Below, piece by piece: positions 24,733-33,477 of a stretch of DNA of 64,000 nucleotides (the first letter of the stretch is position 1; every line of letters begins with the position of its first letter). The translations under genes were made by a program, and so were the position numbers. Source of the stretch: an uncultured Candidatus Peribacteria bacterium (lineage in GTDB: Bacteria; Patescibacteriota; Gracilibacteria; Peribacterales; Peribacteraceae). The notes under the pieces are model-generated. The model was not told where the DNA came from, ran no database searches, and saw only the letters and a list, made by a program, of their open reading frames with translations. The stretch covers positions 17,795 to 81,794 of the forward strand of contig CAYUVW010000001.1 of the NCBI GenBank assembly GCA_964448405.1, written 5' to 3'.

Positions 24733-26712
24733 ATGAACACTCCTGCATCCCTGGAACAGGCTCGCGAAGTACGTACGCAGTACACGGTGCGAGAATTACT
24801 GGATCGAGTGCAGCGCGGACGATTCGTTTTGGATTGTTCGCTGGAAGCTTTCTTAGAGGGATTGAAAGGCGATGCGCAGGCTGCGCATGGCGCGGGTGGC
24901 CTTGGTTTTTTGGAAGGCGAGACCTACGGTGCGTACGAAAAAGCAGGTGTGAACGCAGCCGGATGCATTCCCGGATACAGCACCCTGCGCAAAGGCGATG
25001 TCCAAGTTGACGTTCCTTGGGAAGGCAGCGGCGCGGTTCCGCTCACCGATGACGACGGCCAGGTTGTGCGGTGCGATGTGCCGTTGAACGGACATTCTCT
25101 ACCGGCCGAATTTTGGATTGTGGAAGAAGGGACAACTCCGGTGCTGCTTATTCGGCAGCCGCAGATTTTCCATGTGCGCTACCCCGACGATGCCGCCGAA
25201 AAACTCAAGCAGTACATGTTCTTCGGTCGCGCTGTCGTGGAAATGTGCAAGCGGCTCCGCATCGACCCGTCGGTGATTCGTATCAACGAAGCGCAGCTCG
25301 TACCGGTCATCATGGCGGTGGATCATCACCGTGAGCAGACTCGCGGACAAATCGGCGCATTGCTCGATAGCACGAAATTCGCCTTCACAAACCATACACA
25401 GGAGCGTGCGGCGCTGCCATCGTGGGCCAATCGTCGGTGGGTGGAAGGTGTTGTGGGCCACGATACCGTTCCACGCAATGCTTGGTCGCAACTGCCGCAG
25501 TATCATCCCATGGTGCAGGCAGACGAGCGGCAGGGTTATTTGGGGCCTCCTGCGCGCGAGGGTGAAGGAGGTGTGAAGTACTATGACTACATTGAGCCGT
25601 TGAACTACGGTCTGCACAGAGCAAGTGCGGTCAACATGGTGTCCAAAGAACACGGAACGATCAGTCGTGAAGTCATCTTCCCGACGCAATCGCCGGATCA
25701 GCGTTTGGCTCCGGATATCCAGGCAAAATTGCTCACCATTACCAATGGTTCCGATCGTGAGCGATGGACGAGCCCTGCATTGCGCGCGATTCAGGCGAGC
25801 AAGACATCGTTAGACGATGTGACCGGTGAAGAATTGCTGGAGGCACGCTTGCAGACAAAAGGAGAGCTGAATGCCTACCTTGAGAAAAACGGCCTGCCGG
25901 CACTGAATGCCATCGGCGAAAAACCGCTCATCGCGCTCACGCGCAGACATGTGGAATACAAAGAAATCGGAGCACTCATCCCACTCATTCGCTGGATGTG
26001 CGGAGACCCGACGCAAGAGTATGACGTTCCCGGCGGCCGAAGGGCCGGCCTCGGTGCGAACGTGCTCATCGGCGGTGTTGCAAGCGATACGGTTGGTCGA
26101 TCATGGAAGGATCAATTCAATGAGCTGCAATCCGACCCCGCGCTCAGCGGGCGGTTCGTGTTTGCTCCACGCACCGGTATTGAATTCATGCGCTTGTGCA
26201 CCGGTTCGGCCGACTTCTGGATTCATGGCCCACGCCCTACCCGCGAGGCTTGCGGCACGTCCTACGAGCGTGCGGTGTTCTCCGGCGGCTGGAATATTTG
26301 CACTGCCACGGGAGGCCCCATGGAACACATCCGCGATGACGAGAACGGATCGATTGTGAACCTGTTCCCCGATATGAGCCCCGAGATGGTGACCAGAATC
26401 TTCGACGGCGAACACGGCGAAGATGTGCAGCGACGCCTTGTTGCTCGTTTCCAAGAGCGATGGCAACAGTACCTGCTCAACAAGCTCACCGAACTTACTG
26501 CGCGCCGCGCCGCTCCCGGCGGTGCCGCAGAAATGGCAAAAGAGGTCTACGGCACGTCCGACTCCATGGGTATCGATCGCATGGCCCATACGTACAAATT
26601 GCTGTTCCGTGCCATTATGGACAATGCATTGCAGGACCGCCTGAAAGACGGAACCCTGCAGCCCGCAGAGCCGTTCGAGAAGCATGCAGACGTTGCATCG
26701 CTGTTAGATTAA
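24733..26712 (+). CDS. highly divergent alpha-glucan phosphorylase (GT35)-like protein lacking the PLP lysine
   Basis: It aligns block by block with the glgP in this window and with the family: AGGLGFLEGE (vs GGLGVLAGD), INEAQLVP (vs MNEGHAAF), FAFTNHTQE, ITNGSDRERW and RPTREACGTSYER (vs RP.EASGTSGMK). Confidence 0.7.
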   Translation: MNTPASLEQAREVRTQYTVRELLDRVQRGRFVLDCSLEAFLEGLKGDAQAAHGAGGLGFLEGETYGAYEKAGVNAAGCIPGYSTLRKGDVQVDVPWEGSGAVPLTDDDGQVVRCDVPLNGHSLPAEFWIVEEGTTPVLLIRQPQIFHVRYPDDAAEKLKQYMFFGRAVVEMCKRLRIDPSVIRINEAQLVPVIMAVDHHREQTRGQIGALLDSTKFAFTNHTQERAALPSWANRRWVEGVVGHDTVPRNAWSQLPQYHPMVQADERQGYLGPPAREGEGGVKYYDYIEPLNYGLHRASAVNMVSKEHGTISREVIFPTQSPDQRLAPDIQAKLLTITNGSDRERWTSPALRAIQASKTSLDDVTGEELLEARLQTKGELNAYLEKNGLPALNAIGEKPLIALTRRHVEYKEIGALIPLIRWMCGDPTQEYDVPGGRRAGLGANVLIGGVASDTVGRSWKDQFNELQSDPALSGRFVFAPRTGIEFMRLCTGSADFWIHGPRPTREACGTSYERAVFSGGWNICTATGGPMEHIRDDENGSIVNLFPDMSPEMVTRIFDGEHGEDVQRRLVARFQERWQQYLLNKLTELTARRAAPGGAAEMAKEVYGTSDSMGIDRMAHTYKLLFRAIMDNALQDRLKDGTLQPAEPFEKHADVASLLD

Positions 26713-26715
26713 GCA

Positions 26716-27012
26716 CTATTTCTTGCAGTTCAGTGCTTTACGCCAACCCGCATTGAGCGCGTCTTTCTCCGTGCAGAACCACCGCTCGCCGGCGGCGGTA
26801 TCGATGACGGTCTGCTTATACGAAGCGCACGTTGGCAGGTGGTAAATCTTCTCGTCCTTCTTGGACGAAATATTTCCCTTAATGATGCACGCCGCCGCCG
26901 AACTCGAGCTGGAGGATGCTTTTTTCTTGGCTGCGGCAAAGGCGACGCCACCACTTCCAAACATCAGCGTGGCGATCAATGAAAGATTCAGCAGGGTGCG
27001 CATGGACTCCAC
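26716..27012 (-). CDS. small secreted Cys-containing protein (sunset-type domain as I recall the pattern)
   Basis: Signal peptide, Ser-rich linker, then [27 protein letters not shown]...[18 protein letters not shown]. Confidence 0.55.
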   Translation of the reverse strand: MESMRTLLNLSLIATLMFGSGGVAFAAAKKKASSSSSSAAACIIKGNISSKKDEKIYHLPTCASYKQTVIDTAAGERWFCTEKDALNAGWRKALNCKK

Positions 27013-27021
27013 TGTACTCCG

Positions 27022-27059
27022 AAAAAACCGCGAGGGAGAAATGGGTCCCCCGCGGTTTT
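27022..27059 (-). terminator. intrinsic terminator after metK
   Basis: Stem CCGCGAGGGA / TCCCCCGCGG (one mismatch) at 27028-27055. On the minus strand it is followed by UUUUUU (plus-strand A run, 27022-27027). Confidence 0.65.
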
Positions 27060-27069
27060 GGACAAAACA

Positions 27070-28224
27070 CTACTTGGCTGCCTTCTTCAGATCCTCGAGG
27101 CGCGTGCACTTCTCCCACGCGACGTCGGTGTCTTCACGGCCCATGTGGCCGTAGGCGGCGATTTTCTGGTACTGCGGCTTCAGCAGGTCCAAGTCCTTAA
27201 TGATGTGCGCCGGGCGCAAATCAAAGGTCTTCTGCACGGCCTCGGCCAGCTTGGCGTCCGAGACGGTGCCGGTGCCGAACGTGTCGACGCGGATGCTCAC
27301 CGGAGCGGCCACGCCGATGGCGTAGGCCACCTGGACTTCACACTTCTTTGCCAAACCTGCCTTCACCACGTGCTTGGCGACCCAGCGTGCGGCATAGGCT
27401 GCCGAGCGGTCTACCTTGCTTGGGTCCTTGCCCGAGAAGGCACCTCCACCGTGGCGGCTGTATCCGCCGTAGGTGTCCACGATGATCTTGCGTCCGGTCA
27501 CGCCGCAGTCGCCCGGAGGACCTCCGATAACGAAGCGTCCGGTCGGGTTGATGTGGTACACGGTCTTGGCGTCGAGCCACTTGCCGCAGACGGGCTCGAT
27601 AATGAATTTCTTCACGTCCTTGCAGATCTGTTCATGCGACACGTCCTCGGCGTGCTGCGTGGAAATAACCACTGCGTGTACACGCTTCGGGAGTCCGTCC
27701 TCGCCGTACTCGACCGTCACCTGGCTCTTGCCGTCCGGACGCAGGTACTTGAGTCCGCCGGCCTTGCGCACCTCCGAGAGCTTGCGCGTGAGCTTGTGGG
27801 CTAATGAAATCGGCAGCGGCATCAACTCCGGAGTCTCGTCGCAGGCGTAACCGAACATCAGACCCTGGTCGCCGGCGCCCTGCTCTTCTTTCTTCTTGCC
27901 TTCGGCCACACCCTGGTCGATGTCGGCGGACTGTTCGCCGACGCAGATCATGACGGCGCAGGCCTTGTGATCGAAGCCGTACACGGCGTCGTCGTAACCG
28001 ATCTGACGGATGGTCTCACGGGCGATGTCGGCCATCGGGATGTAGGTCTTGGTCTTGATTTCGCCGGCCACGACCACCAAACCGGTGGTCACAAGGCACT
28101 CGCAGGCGACGTGCGAAGCGGGGTCCTTGGACAACGCATAGTCCAGGATCGCGTCGCTGATCTGGTCACAGACTTTGTCGGGGTGACCCTCGGTCACCGA
28201 TTCCGACGTGAACAGGGAGGACAT
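27070..28224 (-). CDS. metK: S-adenosylmethionine synthetase
   Basis: [40 protein letters not shown] and the GGGAFSGKD motifs. Start at ATG 28224. Confidence 0.95.
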   Translation of the reverse strand: MSSLFTSESVTEGHPDKVCDQISDAILDYALSKDPASHVACECLVTTGLVVVAGEIKTKTYIPMADIARETIRQIGYDDAVYGFDHKACAVMICVGEQSADIDQGVAEGKKKEEQGAGDQGLMFGYACDETPELMPLPISLAHKLTRKLSEVRKAGGLKYLRPDGKSQVTVEYGEDGLPKRVHAVVISTQHAEDVSHEQICKDVKKFIIEPVCGKWLDAKTVYHINPTGRFVIGGPPGDCGVTGRKIIVDTYGGYSRHGGGAFSGKDPSKVDRSAAYAARWVAKHVVKAGLAKKCEVQVAYAIGVAAPVSIRVDTFGTGTVSDAKLAEAVQKTFDLRPAHIIKDLDLLKPQYQKIAAYGHMGREDTDVAWEKCTRLEDLKKAAK

Positions 28225-28229
28225 GGGAT

Positions 28230-28410
28230 AAAAAGGGGGAAGAGAGACACACCGCGAAATGGTCACTCTCTTCCGTGGAGAGATGAAGTGAACTGAGTGG
28301 TCACTATCTGTCCCCGGAAGGGGGCTGGATTTCCCACCGTCCTCCGGGCTCGGAGAGGTTGGGGGACATCGTATCGGGCCAGTTCCCACGATGTCACTCG
28401 TGATAGCGGT
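28230..28410 (-). promoter_or_regulatory. SAM-I (S-box) riboswitch with terminator-type expression platform
   Basis: The minus-strand RNA shows these elements. P1: CUAUCA...AGAUAG. P2: GACAUCGU / ACGAUGUC around GGGAACUGGCCCGAU. Then CCAACC. P3: CUCCG-AGCC-CGGAG. Then GGUGGGAAAUCCAGC. P4: CCCC-CUUCC-GGGG. Finally GAAGAGAG...CUCUCUUC followed by CCCCCUUUUUAU just before the metK AUG. Confidence 0.85.
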
Positions 28411-28422
28411 GATGTACGGGTC

Positions 28423-28450
28423 AGACTAGCAGGAACTTTTTCGCGTGCAA
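28423..28450 (-). promoter_or_regulatory. promoter of the riboswitch-metK transcript: TTGCAC-N16-TAGTCT
   Basis: Hexamers read on the minus strand (plus 28445-28450 and 28423-28428), ~15 nt upstream of P1. Confidence 0.45.
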
Positions 28451-28452
28451 GT

Positions 28453-29481
28453 TCAGCCGTGTTTTCGAAACTCCGGCCGAGTCAGGACATCGTCGATGAT
28501 GTCTCGAAATTCTTCGTGATCCAGACGTCCCGGCCAGTAGCCTCCGAGCATACGTACGGGCTGCAGCTCCAGTTCCGCGTAGCGCCTGCGTGCAAAGCGC
28601 CGGCCGAGATTCTCGTCGTCCAGCACATCGCGTTCCACACGTTCGGAAAGCTTGTACACACCGCCGGGCATCACCGAGTGGCGACCCGCCCCGTCGATGA
28701 CGGTGCGCAGCCCCAGCATGCTCGGGTAGCCGTCCCATTTTATGGAACCGACCGGCGTGCCATCGTCGGCTTCCACGATTGTCAGACGTCCGTAGCCGTC
28801 GCCATGATCGGCCAGCGCGCGCTGGTGGAACACCTCCGCGTTGTCACATTCACCTTTGTCGGTCGGATCCAGGTAGCGCCGTGGCGTCACCATGTCGCTC
28901 GCTACGACCCTGGCCGAAGTCGCCTCCTCGATCGGTCCGCGGTCCAGGTAGTCCGGCAGTTCCTCGGGTGCAATAAACGAGAGCACCGGAGGCAGTGCGC
29001 GGTAGCATGCGATGACGTCCCAAATTCGTCGCACTACACGCGTGTTTGCGGGCGAGTCGAAGTGCCGCAGGATTTTGCCGAACTGCTTACCGAATTCCAG
29101 TGCGGTCATCGGGTCGTTTCGCAACCGCTTGGCCGTCGTCAATGCCTCGATCAGACGTGCTTGTATGCCCATATCCGCGTGATCCGCAATGATCTCCAAG
29201 TGCCGCAGCGTCTGGCGCGCGGCGTCGCGCGCGGAGAAAATGACATCCCGCTTCGCGTCGATCAGGCGCAGCAAATGGGCGGGGTCGTGGTCCTCCAGTA
29301 GGGCCGGCAGATAGCGCAACAAGAGGTCGACGCCGTAGCGCGTGTCGTTCGGGTCCATCGCGATGTCCAGCATCAGGTCGCGTTCGGCCATGGTGTACAA
29401 CTCCTCCGAATGCCACTCGGCGAATTCTTCGTCGCAGCCTTCCACGGCCACCAGGTGCCGGCGGTAGTGTTCTTGCTTCAT
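28453..29481 (-). CDS. hypothetical protein (~342 aa), translationally coupled to NAT-like A
   Basis: ATG 29481 overlaps the TGA of the upstream gene (ATGA). No motif recognised. Confidence 0.6.
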   Translation of the reverse strand: MKQEHYRRHLVAVEGCDEEFAEWHSEELYTMAERDLMLDIAMDPNDTRYGVDLLLRYLPALLEDHDPAHLLRLIDAKRDVIFSARDAARQTLRHLEIIADHADMGIQARLIEALTTAKRLRNDPMTALEFGKQFGKILRHFDSPANTRVVRRIWDVIACYRALPPVLSFIAPEELPDYLDRGPIEEATSARVVASDMVTPRRYLDPTDKGECDNAEVFHQRALADHGDGYGRLTIVEADDGTPVGSIKWDGYPSMLGLRTVIDGAGRHSVMPGGVYKLSERVERDVLDDENLGRRFARRRYAELELQPVRMLGGYWPGRLDHEEFRDIIDDVLTRPEFRKHG

Positions 29482-30320
29482 GATTGCGGTTCGTCGTAAT
29501 CCGGGTGCAGTCTTTTGTAATATCCCCAACCTTCCTGGAACAGCTCCATGAGCATGCAGCGGTCGGCGCCAATGAGCCTGGCAACTCGGTTGAATTCGTC
29601 GGCGAATCCCGCCTCGCGCTCGAATCGGGCGTATGTTTGGCCTTCGCCGATCCGTCCGGCTTCCATGGCTCCCGTTGCAGTTTTCAGAGCCACGTACGAT
29701 TTCGATCCATCTGCTCCAAGTGCGTGCAACACCAGTTCGTCCACCGGAGTGCGTGCCATTGTCTCATTGAACGGGTGATCTTCCTCATCGTCGGGCAACG
29801 CTATGGCCCGGCGCATATTCAATATTGCCTGACGTCCGAACCAATCATTGCGCTCACTGACCAGCATGGTGGAAAGCATCCGCCCGTCACCCACCCACTT
29901 GGAAAACAGCAGTCGTCCTTTGCCCGGCATAATCGGAAACGTGCGTACAAGCGCATGCTGCCCCAGTCCCATTGGCAATTGATCCAGTGGCACGGGCTGA
30001 GTCGCAAGCTCGGTGATTTCATGCAGCAGCGTGCCGCGTTCCGAGTACGTTACCGGCATAACGTGGCCGTCGGTACTGACGCCGCTTTGGTTATACAGTC
30101 CTACGATGACCTGCGAATCGCCGTCGCGCAGCATCTGTCGAAAGACGTGTGCTTGGTACAGGCAGTCGCCGCCAAGCGTTCGATAGACGGTTTCACCGTA
30201 GTAGCGAAACAGCCTGGCGATGTTCGTGAACGGTACCGATCGTTGCACCTCCAACAGCGCGTTGGATTCCGGGGTATCCAAGCGTTCCACTCCGCCGAAT
30301 GAACGGGTGCGATGATCCAT
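29478..30320 (-). CDS. arylamine N-acetyltransferase / transglutaminase-fold-like Cys-His protein, paralog A
   Basis: VPFTNIARLF (cf. NAT IPFENLD), LGGDCLYQAHVF (cf. RGGYCFELN, catalytic Cys) and DGHVMPVTY (cf. THLLLLV, catalytic His). About 30% identical by eye to 32165..32947. Confidence 0.55.
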   Translation of the reverse strand: MDHRTRSFGGVERLDTPESNALLEVQRSVPFTNIARLFRYYGETVYRTLGGDCLYQAHVFRQMLRDGDSQVIVGLYNQSGVSTDGHVMPVTYSERGTLLHEITELATQPVPLDQLPMGLGQHALVRTFPIMPGKGRLLFSKWVGDGRMLSTMLVSERNDWFGRQAILNMRRAIALPDDEEDHPFNETMARTPVDELVLHALGADGSKSYVALKTATGAMEAGRIGEGQTYARFEREAGFADEFNRVARLIGADRCMLMELFQEGWGYYKRLHPDYDEPQS

Positions 30321-30331
30321 TTTTAATACGC

Positions 30332-30360
30332 ATTTAAAAACATTTAATTAAATATGTCAA
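30332..30360 (-). promoter_or_regulatory. near-consensus sigma70 promoter TTGACA-N17-TTAAAT, 11 nt before the NAT-like A ATG
   Basis: Read on the minus strand (plus TGTCAA 30355-30360 and ATTTAA 30332-30337), in a local AT-rich island. Confidence 0.55.
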
Positions 30361-30381
30361 GAAACACCCGATTCGGGGGTG
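30361..30381 (-). terminator. terminator of the 134-aa gene
   Basis: Minus-strand CACCC-CCGAAUC-GGGUG followed by UUUCUU. The U tract runs into the -35 of the next promoter. Confidence 0.45.
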
Positions 30382-30407
30382 GCGCGGAAGATCGGCGATG
30401 GCTTTCG

Positions 30408-30812
30408 CTAGGCCGCGCGGCGCTGGTCGCCGGGGCGCTCAATCTGTTCAGTTTTGGGGGTGTCCAGAGCTGCCAGAACCTGGCTCTGCGTAGTTTTGAG
30501 TGCAAGCAGACCTTCCACATCGCCAGCCTCCTTCAGCGTGTCTTGGGCTTTCTTGAACGAGGTCTCCAAGAACAGGCGCACTTTGGCGCCGTTGGCGTTC
30601 ATTAAGAACGTGCGGACGGGGTTGTTCGGGTCATCCAAGTGCGTTTTCAATCCCATGGCGTCCACCACCGTGTCGGCAGCGTCGGACTCGGCAATAAGGT
30701 TCAGCGCTTCTGCCACGCGCTTCTGCTGCTCGGCGTTGTTCTGCAGGCGCAGGGTGTTTGCCTGTTCGCCATCGGGTCCGCGATCGGGTGCGATTTCAAT
30801 GTGATTGACCAT
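30408..30812 (-). CDS. hypothetical protein (134 aa)
   Basis: ORF with ordinary composition. TATACT-type -10 about 40 nt upstream. Confidence 0.5.
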   Translation of the reverse strand: MVNHIEIAPDRGPDGEQANTLRLQNNAEQQKRVAEALNLIAESDAADTVVDAMGLKTHLDDPNNPVRTFLMNANGAKVRLFLETSFKKAQDTLKEAGDVEGLLALKTTQSQVLAALDTPKTEQIERPGDQRRAA

Positions 30813-30875
30813 ACAACGAGTGGGAATTGAGTGTGGGTATTTCTGCTCAGTATAGCATAGAAACGCGTTTTGCCG

Positions 30876-31895
30876 CTACTCTGCCGTTTTGGTGACTTGC
30901 TCGCGGGCAACCTTCACCTTATCGGCATTCTGCGCCAACCATTCCTTGAATTTCGGCAGTGTCTCGGGAGTGGTGACGGGGTCCTTCACCAGCATGTTGC
31001 CGTAGTCTTTTAGCAACACCGCACGCACATTTTTATCGATTCCACTGGCGCCGCTTTCTTCGCAATACGCGAGTGCATCATCGAATTTTTCTGCCAACAC
31101 GTTGAACTTCTTGGCCGCGTTGCGTTCGGCTTCGGTTTTGGGTGGCTCAAGGGTCAGGCGGTCGTAACGCACCTTATCTGGAGTTTCGGCTTTGTAGATG
31201 GCGTTGCGGAATTCACGCATGGAATTTCGTCCACGTGGACCAATAGCTCGATCGCTCGGCGCCCCGCGAACAGTGCGGACCTGCTCCCCGGAAGCTTCGC
31301 GCTTCCCTTGCTCCTCTTCGGGATTTTCTACGCCTTTCTCCTTCAGCGCCTTGACGATGTTCGTCTTCACGATTTGCAGTGACTTGAGCATGGCGCTCTT
31401 CACGAAATCAATCGCCTTGTTGGAGTCGGCGCCCTGCATGCCGCCAACAGTGGCGTCATTGGGTTGCTCAGCTTTGTACTTCTCGAACGCATTCTTCAGT
31501 TCGCGCTGCAAAGCACTGCCCAAACTTTCCGGCGTGTGACTGGAGACATACTTTTCAGAGCCGTTAACGCGCGCCAAATCACTGCGCAGACGGTCGGGCT
31601 CACGTTTTGAAAAATCAGTGTTCACGTTCATGTCCAAGCCCTGTTGCATGCTTGGTTCGAGTTCCTTGATCAAAAGCTCCTCCAGGCGTTCGGAGCCCTC
31701 CTTCTTCTCCTTGCCGTCTTCACCGCCTTCGGCGGCAATCACTTTTTCCAGCTTTTGGTTACGAGCTTTCTCGCTGGCAATCTGCTTGCGCAGCGCATCG
31801 GGGTTGTCCTGGCTCGACTGATCAGCGCTTTCCTTTTTTTCACGCTGCTCAACATTGTCGGGCTCGGCCTGTGGCTGTTCCTGGTCGGGCATCAT
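30876..31895 (-). CDS. hypothetical charged (Glu/Lys-rich) protein (339 aa)
   Basis: Its ATG overlaps the upstream TGA (ATGA at 31892-31895). No motif recognised. Confidence 0.6.
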   Translation of the reverse strand: MMPDQEQPQAEPDNVEQREKKESADQSSQDNPDALRKQIASEKARNQKLEKVIAAEGGEDGKEKKEGSERLEELLIKELEPSMQQGLDMNVNTDFSKREPDRLRSDLARVNGSEKYVSSHTPESLGSALQRELKNAFEKYKAEQPNDATVGGMQGADSNKAIDFVKSAMLKSLQIVKTNIVKALKEKGVENPEEEQGKREASGEQVRTVRGAPSDRAIGPRGRNSMREFRNAIYKAETPDKVRYDRLTLEPPKTEAERNAAKKFNVLAEKFDDALAYCEESGASGIDKNVRAVLLKDYGNMLVKDPVTTPETLPKFKEWLAQNADKVKVAREQVTKTAE

Positions 31896-32122
31896 GCCTT
31901 TGGCTGGGAAGCGGGAAGATCCTCAAGAGTTTCAAGCAATTGCAATGCCGCCGCCGAGTCCTTCTCGGCCTGCGTTTTTTCCACGCGGTGCGCCTTGTCT
32001 ACCAACACGCGGTGGCGGTCTTTTTCCACTTGCAGCTCGGCTTTCAGCCGCGCCACTTCCTCGGAATCGCCGCCAGAAACCTTGGCGCCGAATATGCCGT
32101 CTGCAGCAGGAGAAGTTGCCAT
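31892..32122 (-). CDS. hypothetical coiled-coil protein (76 aa)
   Basis: Heptad-like EEVARLKAELQVEKDRHRVLVDKAHRVEKTQAEKD. Coupled to the next gene. Confidence 0.45.
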   Translation of the reverse strand: MATSPAADGIFGAKVSGGDSEEVARLKAELQVEKDRHRVLVDKAHRVEKTQAEKDSAAALQLLETLEDLPASQPKA

Positions 32123-32164
32123 CTCCTCATTGTACCAGAAAACGACGTTCGAGGCTACTCCTCC

Positions 32165-32947
32165 CTAGAGAAAACCCTGGAGCTCCCGCTCCATTTTCCA
32201 GCCTTCTTGGAAGAATTCCATCAGCTGCGCACGCCGCACGCCAACCGATTGTGCTACATACTCGAACGCCTGTTCAAAGCGCTTGCTGCCGCCATGCGCC
32301 GTCTCGCTTCCCACAATCTGCGCTGTCATCGCACCGTCGATCGGGTCCAGCGTCACCGCCACTTTGCCGAAGTCGGCATCCAGTGCATGCAGGCGCAGCG
32401 GTTTGCGCGGTATGCGGGCCATCATGTCGTCGATGGGGTGCGTGCTGTCCGGCAGCTCGATTGGCGAATCGGTTGCAATGCGGTGGTGCAACAAGCCGCC
32501 GTCGCAGCCGCTGATCATACTGATGTTCAGTTGCTCCAAATGCGGCAACCAAAAGCACGACAGCGCCCGGTCGCCACGCGGTGGCAATGGAAACGTGCGT
32601 ATACGCTTCTCGTTGGCACGTCCGCGAATATCGGCCAGTGAAATCGGTTCAGCTGCCAATTGGGTAATCTCGAAGATCTGGCGTTCATCGCCGTCACCGG
32701 TGATGGGCACGATATGCCCGCTGGTGCCCTCACCTTCGGAATTGTGGAACCGTACCGGTACGCCGGATATCGCCGCGCGAAAACGTTCGCCAAACAAATA
32801 TGCCTGGTACAAACAATCGCCGCCGAAGCGCGGGTTGGGCCGCTCGCCATTCAGTAGATACAGATTCGAAACGTTGTTGTACGGCACGGCCAACTCGGTC
32901 GCATGGAGTACGCGTGTGAAGGTCGGTGGTGCGTGGCGAGTGGCCAT
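32165..32947 (-). CDS. NAT / transglutaminase-fold-like Cys-His protein, paralog B
   Basis: VPYNNVSNLY, FGGDCLYQAYLF, SGHIVPITG, FEITQLA, RTFPLPP and MEFFQEGW. Each block matches paralog A. Confidence 0.55.
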   Translation of the reverse strand: MATRHAPPTFTRVLHATELAVPYNNVSNLYLLNGERPNPRFGGDCLYQAYLFGERFRAAISGVPVRFHNSEGEGTSGHIVPITGDGDERQIFEITQLAAEPISLADIRGRANEKRIRTFPLPPRGDRALSCFWLPHLEQLNISMISGCDGGLLHHRIATDSPIELPDSTHPIDDMMARIPRKPLRLHALDADFGKVAVTLDPIDGAMTAQIVGSETAHGGSKRFEQAFEYVAQSVGVRRAQLMEFFQEGWKMERELQGFL

Positions 32948-32958
32948 GGCCGACGATT

Positions 32959-33474
32959 CTACAGCTCTGTCGCGGCGGGTTCCACCGCTCTCTGTGGGAT
33001 CGTACGTACCGTGAATGCGTGGCCTGTGTGCTTGGTGAATGCCTCGAAGCCGGCACGATCGACAATGAGCGTCGCGGTGTTGATGAGCGGGTGAAAGCGG
33101 AACTGCCCGACGTTCCAGGCGTCTTCATCCACGATCACTTCCACGGTGTGGCTCTTGTCGAACATCAGTCCGAACGGCGTTACCGATCCGGGTTCCACGC
33201 CAAGCAATTCCTTCAACAATTCCGGTGACGCAAAACTGAAGCTCTGCACACCGTACTCTTTCGCCAGCGCACGCGTGTCCACGCGCTTGTCATGCATCAC
33301 GATCGCAAGTACGTGTTTGTCGCGTTTCTTGCTCCGCAGCAGCAGTTGTTTGGTGTGGGCGCCCGGCATCGGCTGGCAGATCTTGTCGGATTCCTCGCAG
33401 GTGAAGACCGCCGGGTGGTCGAAGCGCTGGAACGGTATTGAAAGTTTAGCGAGAAGCTGCAGAAGGGTATCCAT
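32959..33474 (-). CDS. YbaK/ProX-type aminoacyl-tRNA deacylase domain protein
   Basis: HPAVFTCEES...AHTKQLLLRSKK...LAIVMHDKRVD...LGVEPGSVTPFGL. Start at ATG 33474. Confidence 0.75.
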   Translation of the reverse strand: MDTLLQLLAKLSIPFQRFDHPAVFTCEESDKICQPMPGAHTKQLLLRSKKRDKHVLAIVMHDKRVDTRALAKEYGVQSFSFASPELLKELLGVEPGSVTPFGLMFDKSHTVEVIVDEDAWNVGQFRFHPLINTATLIVDRAGFEAFTKHTGHAFTVRTIPQRAVEPAATEL

Positions 33475-33477
33475 GGG

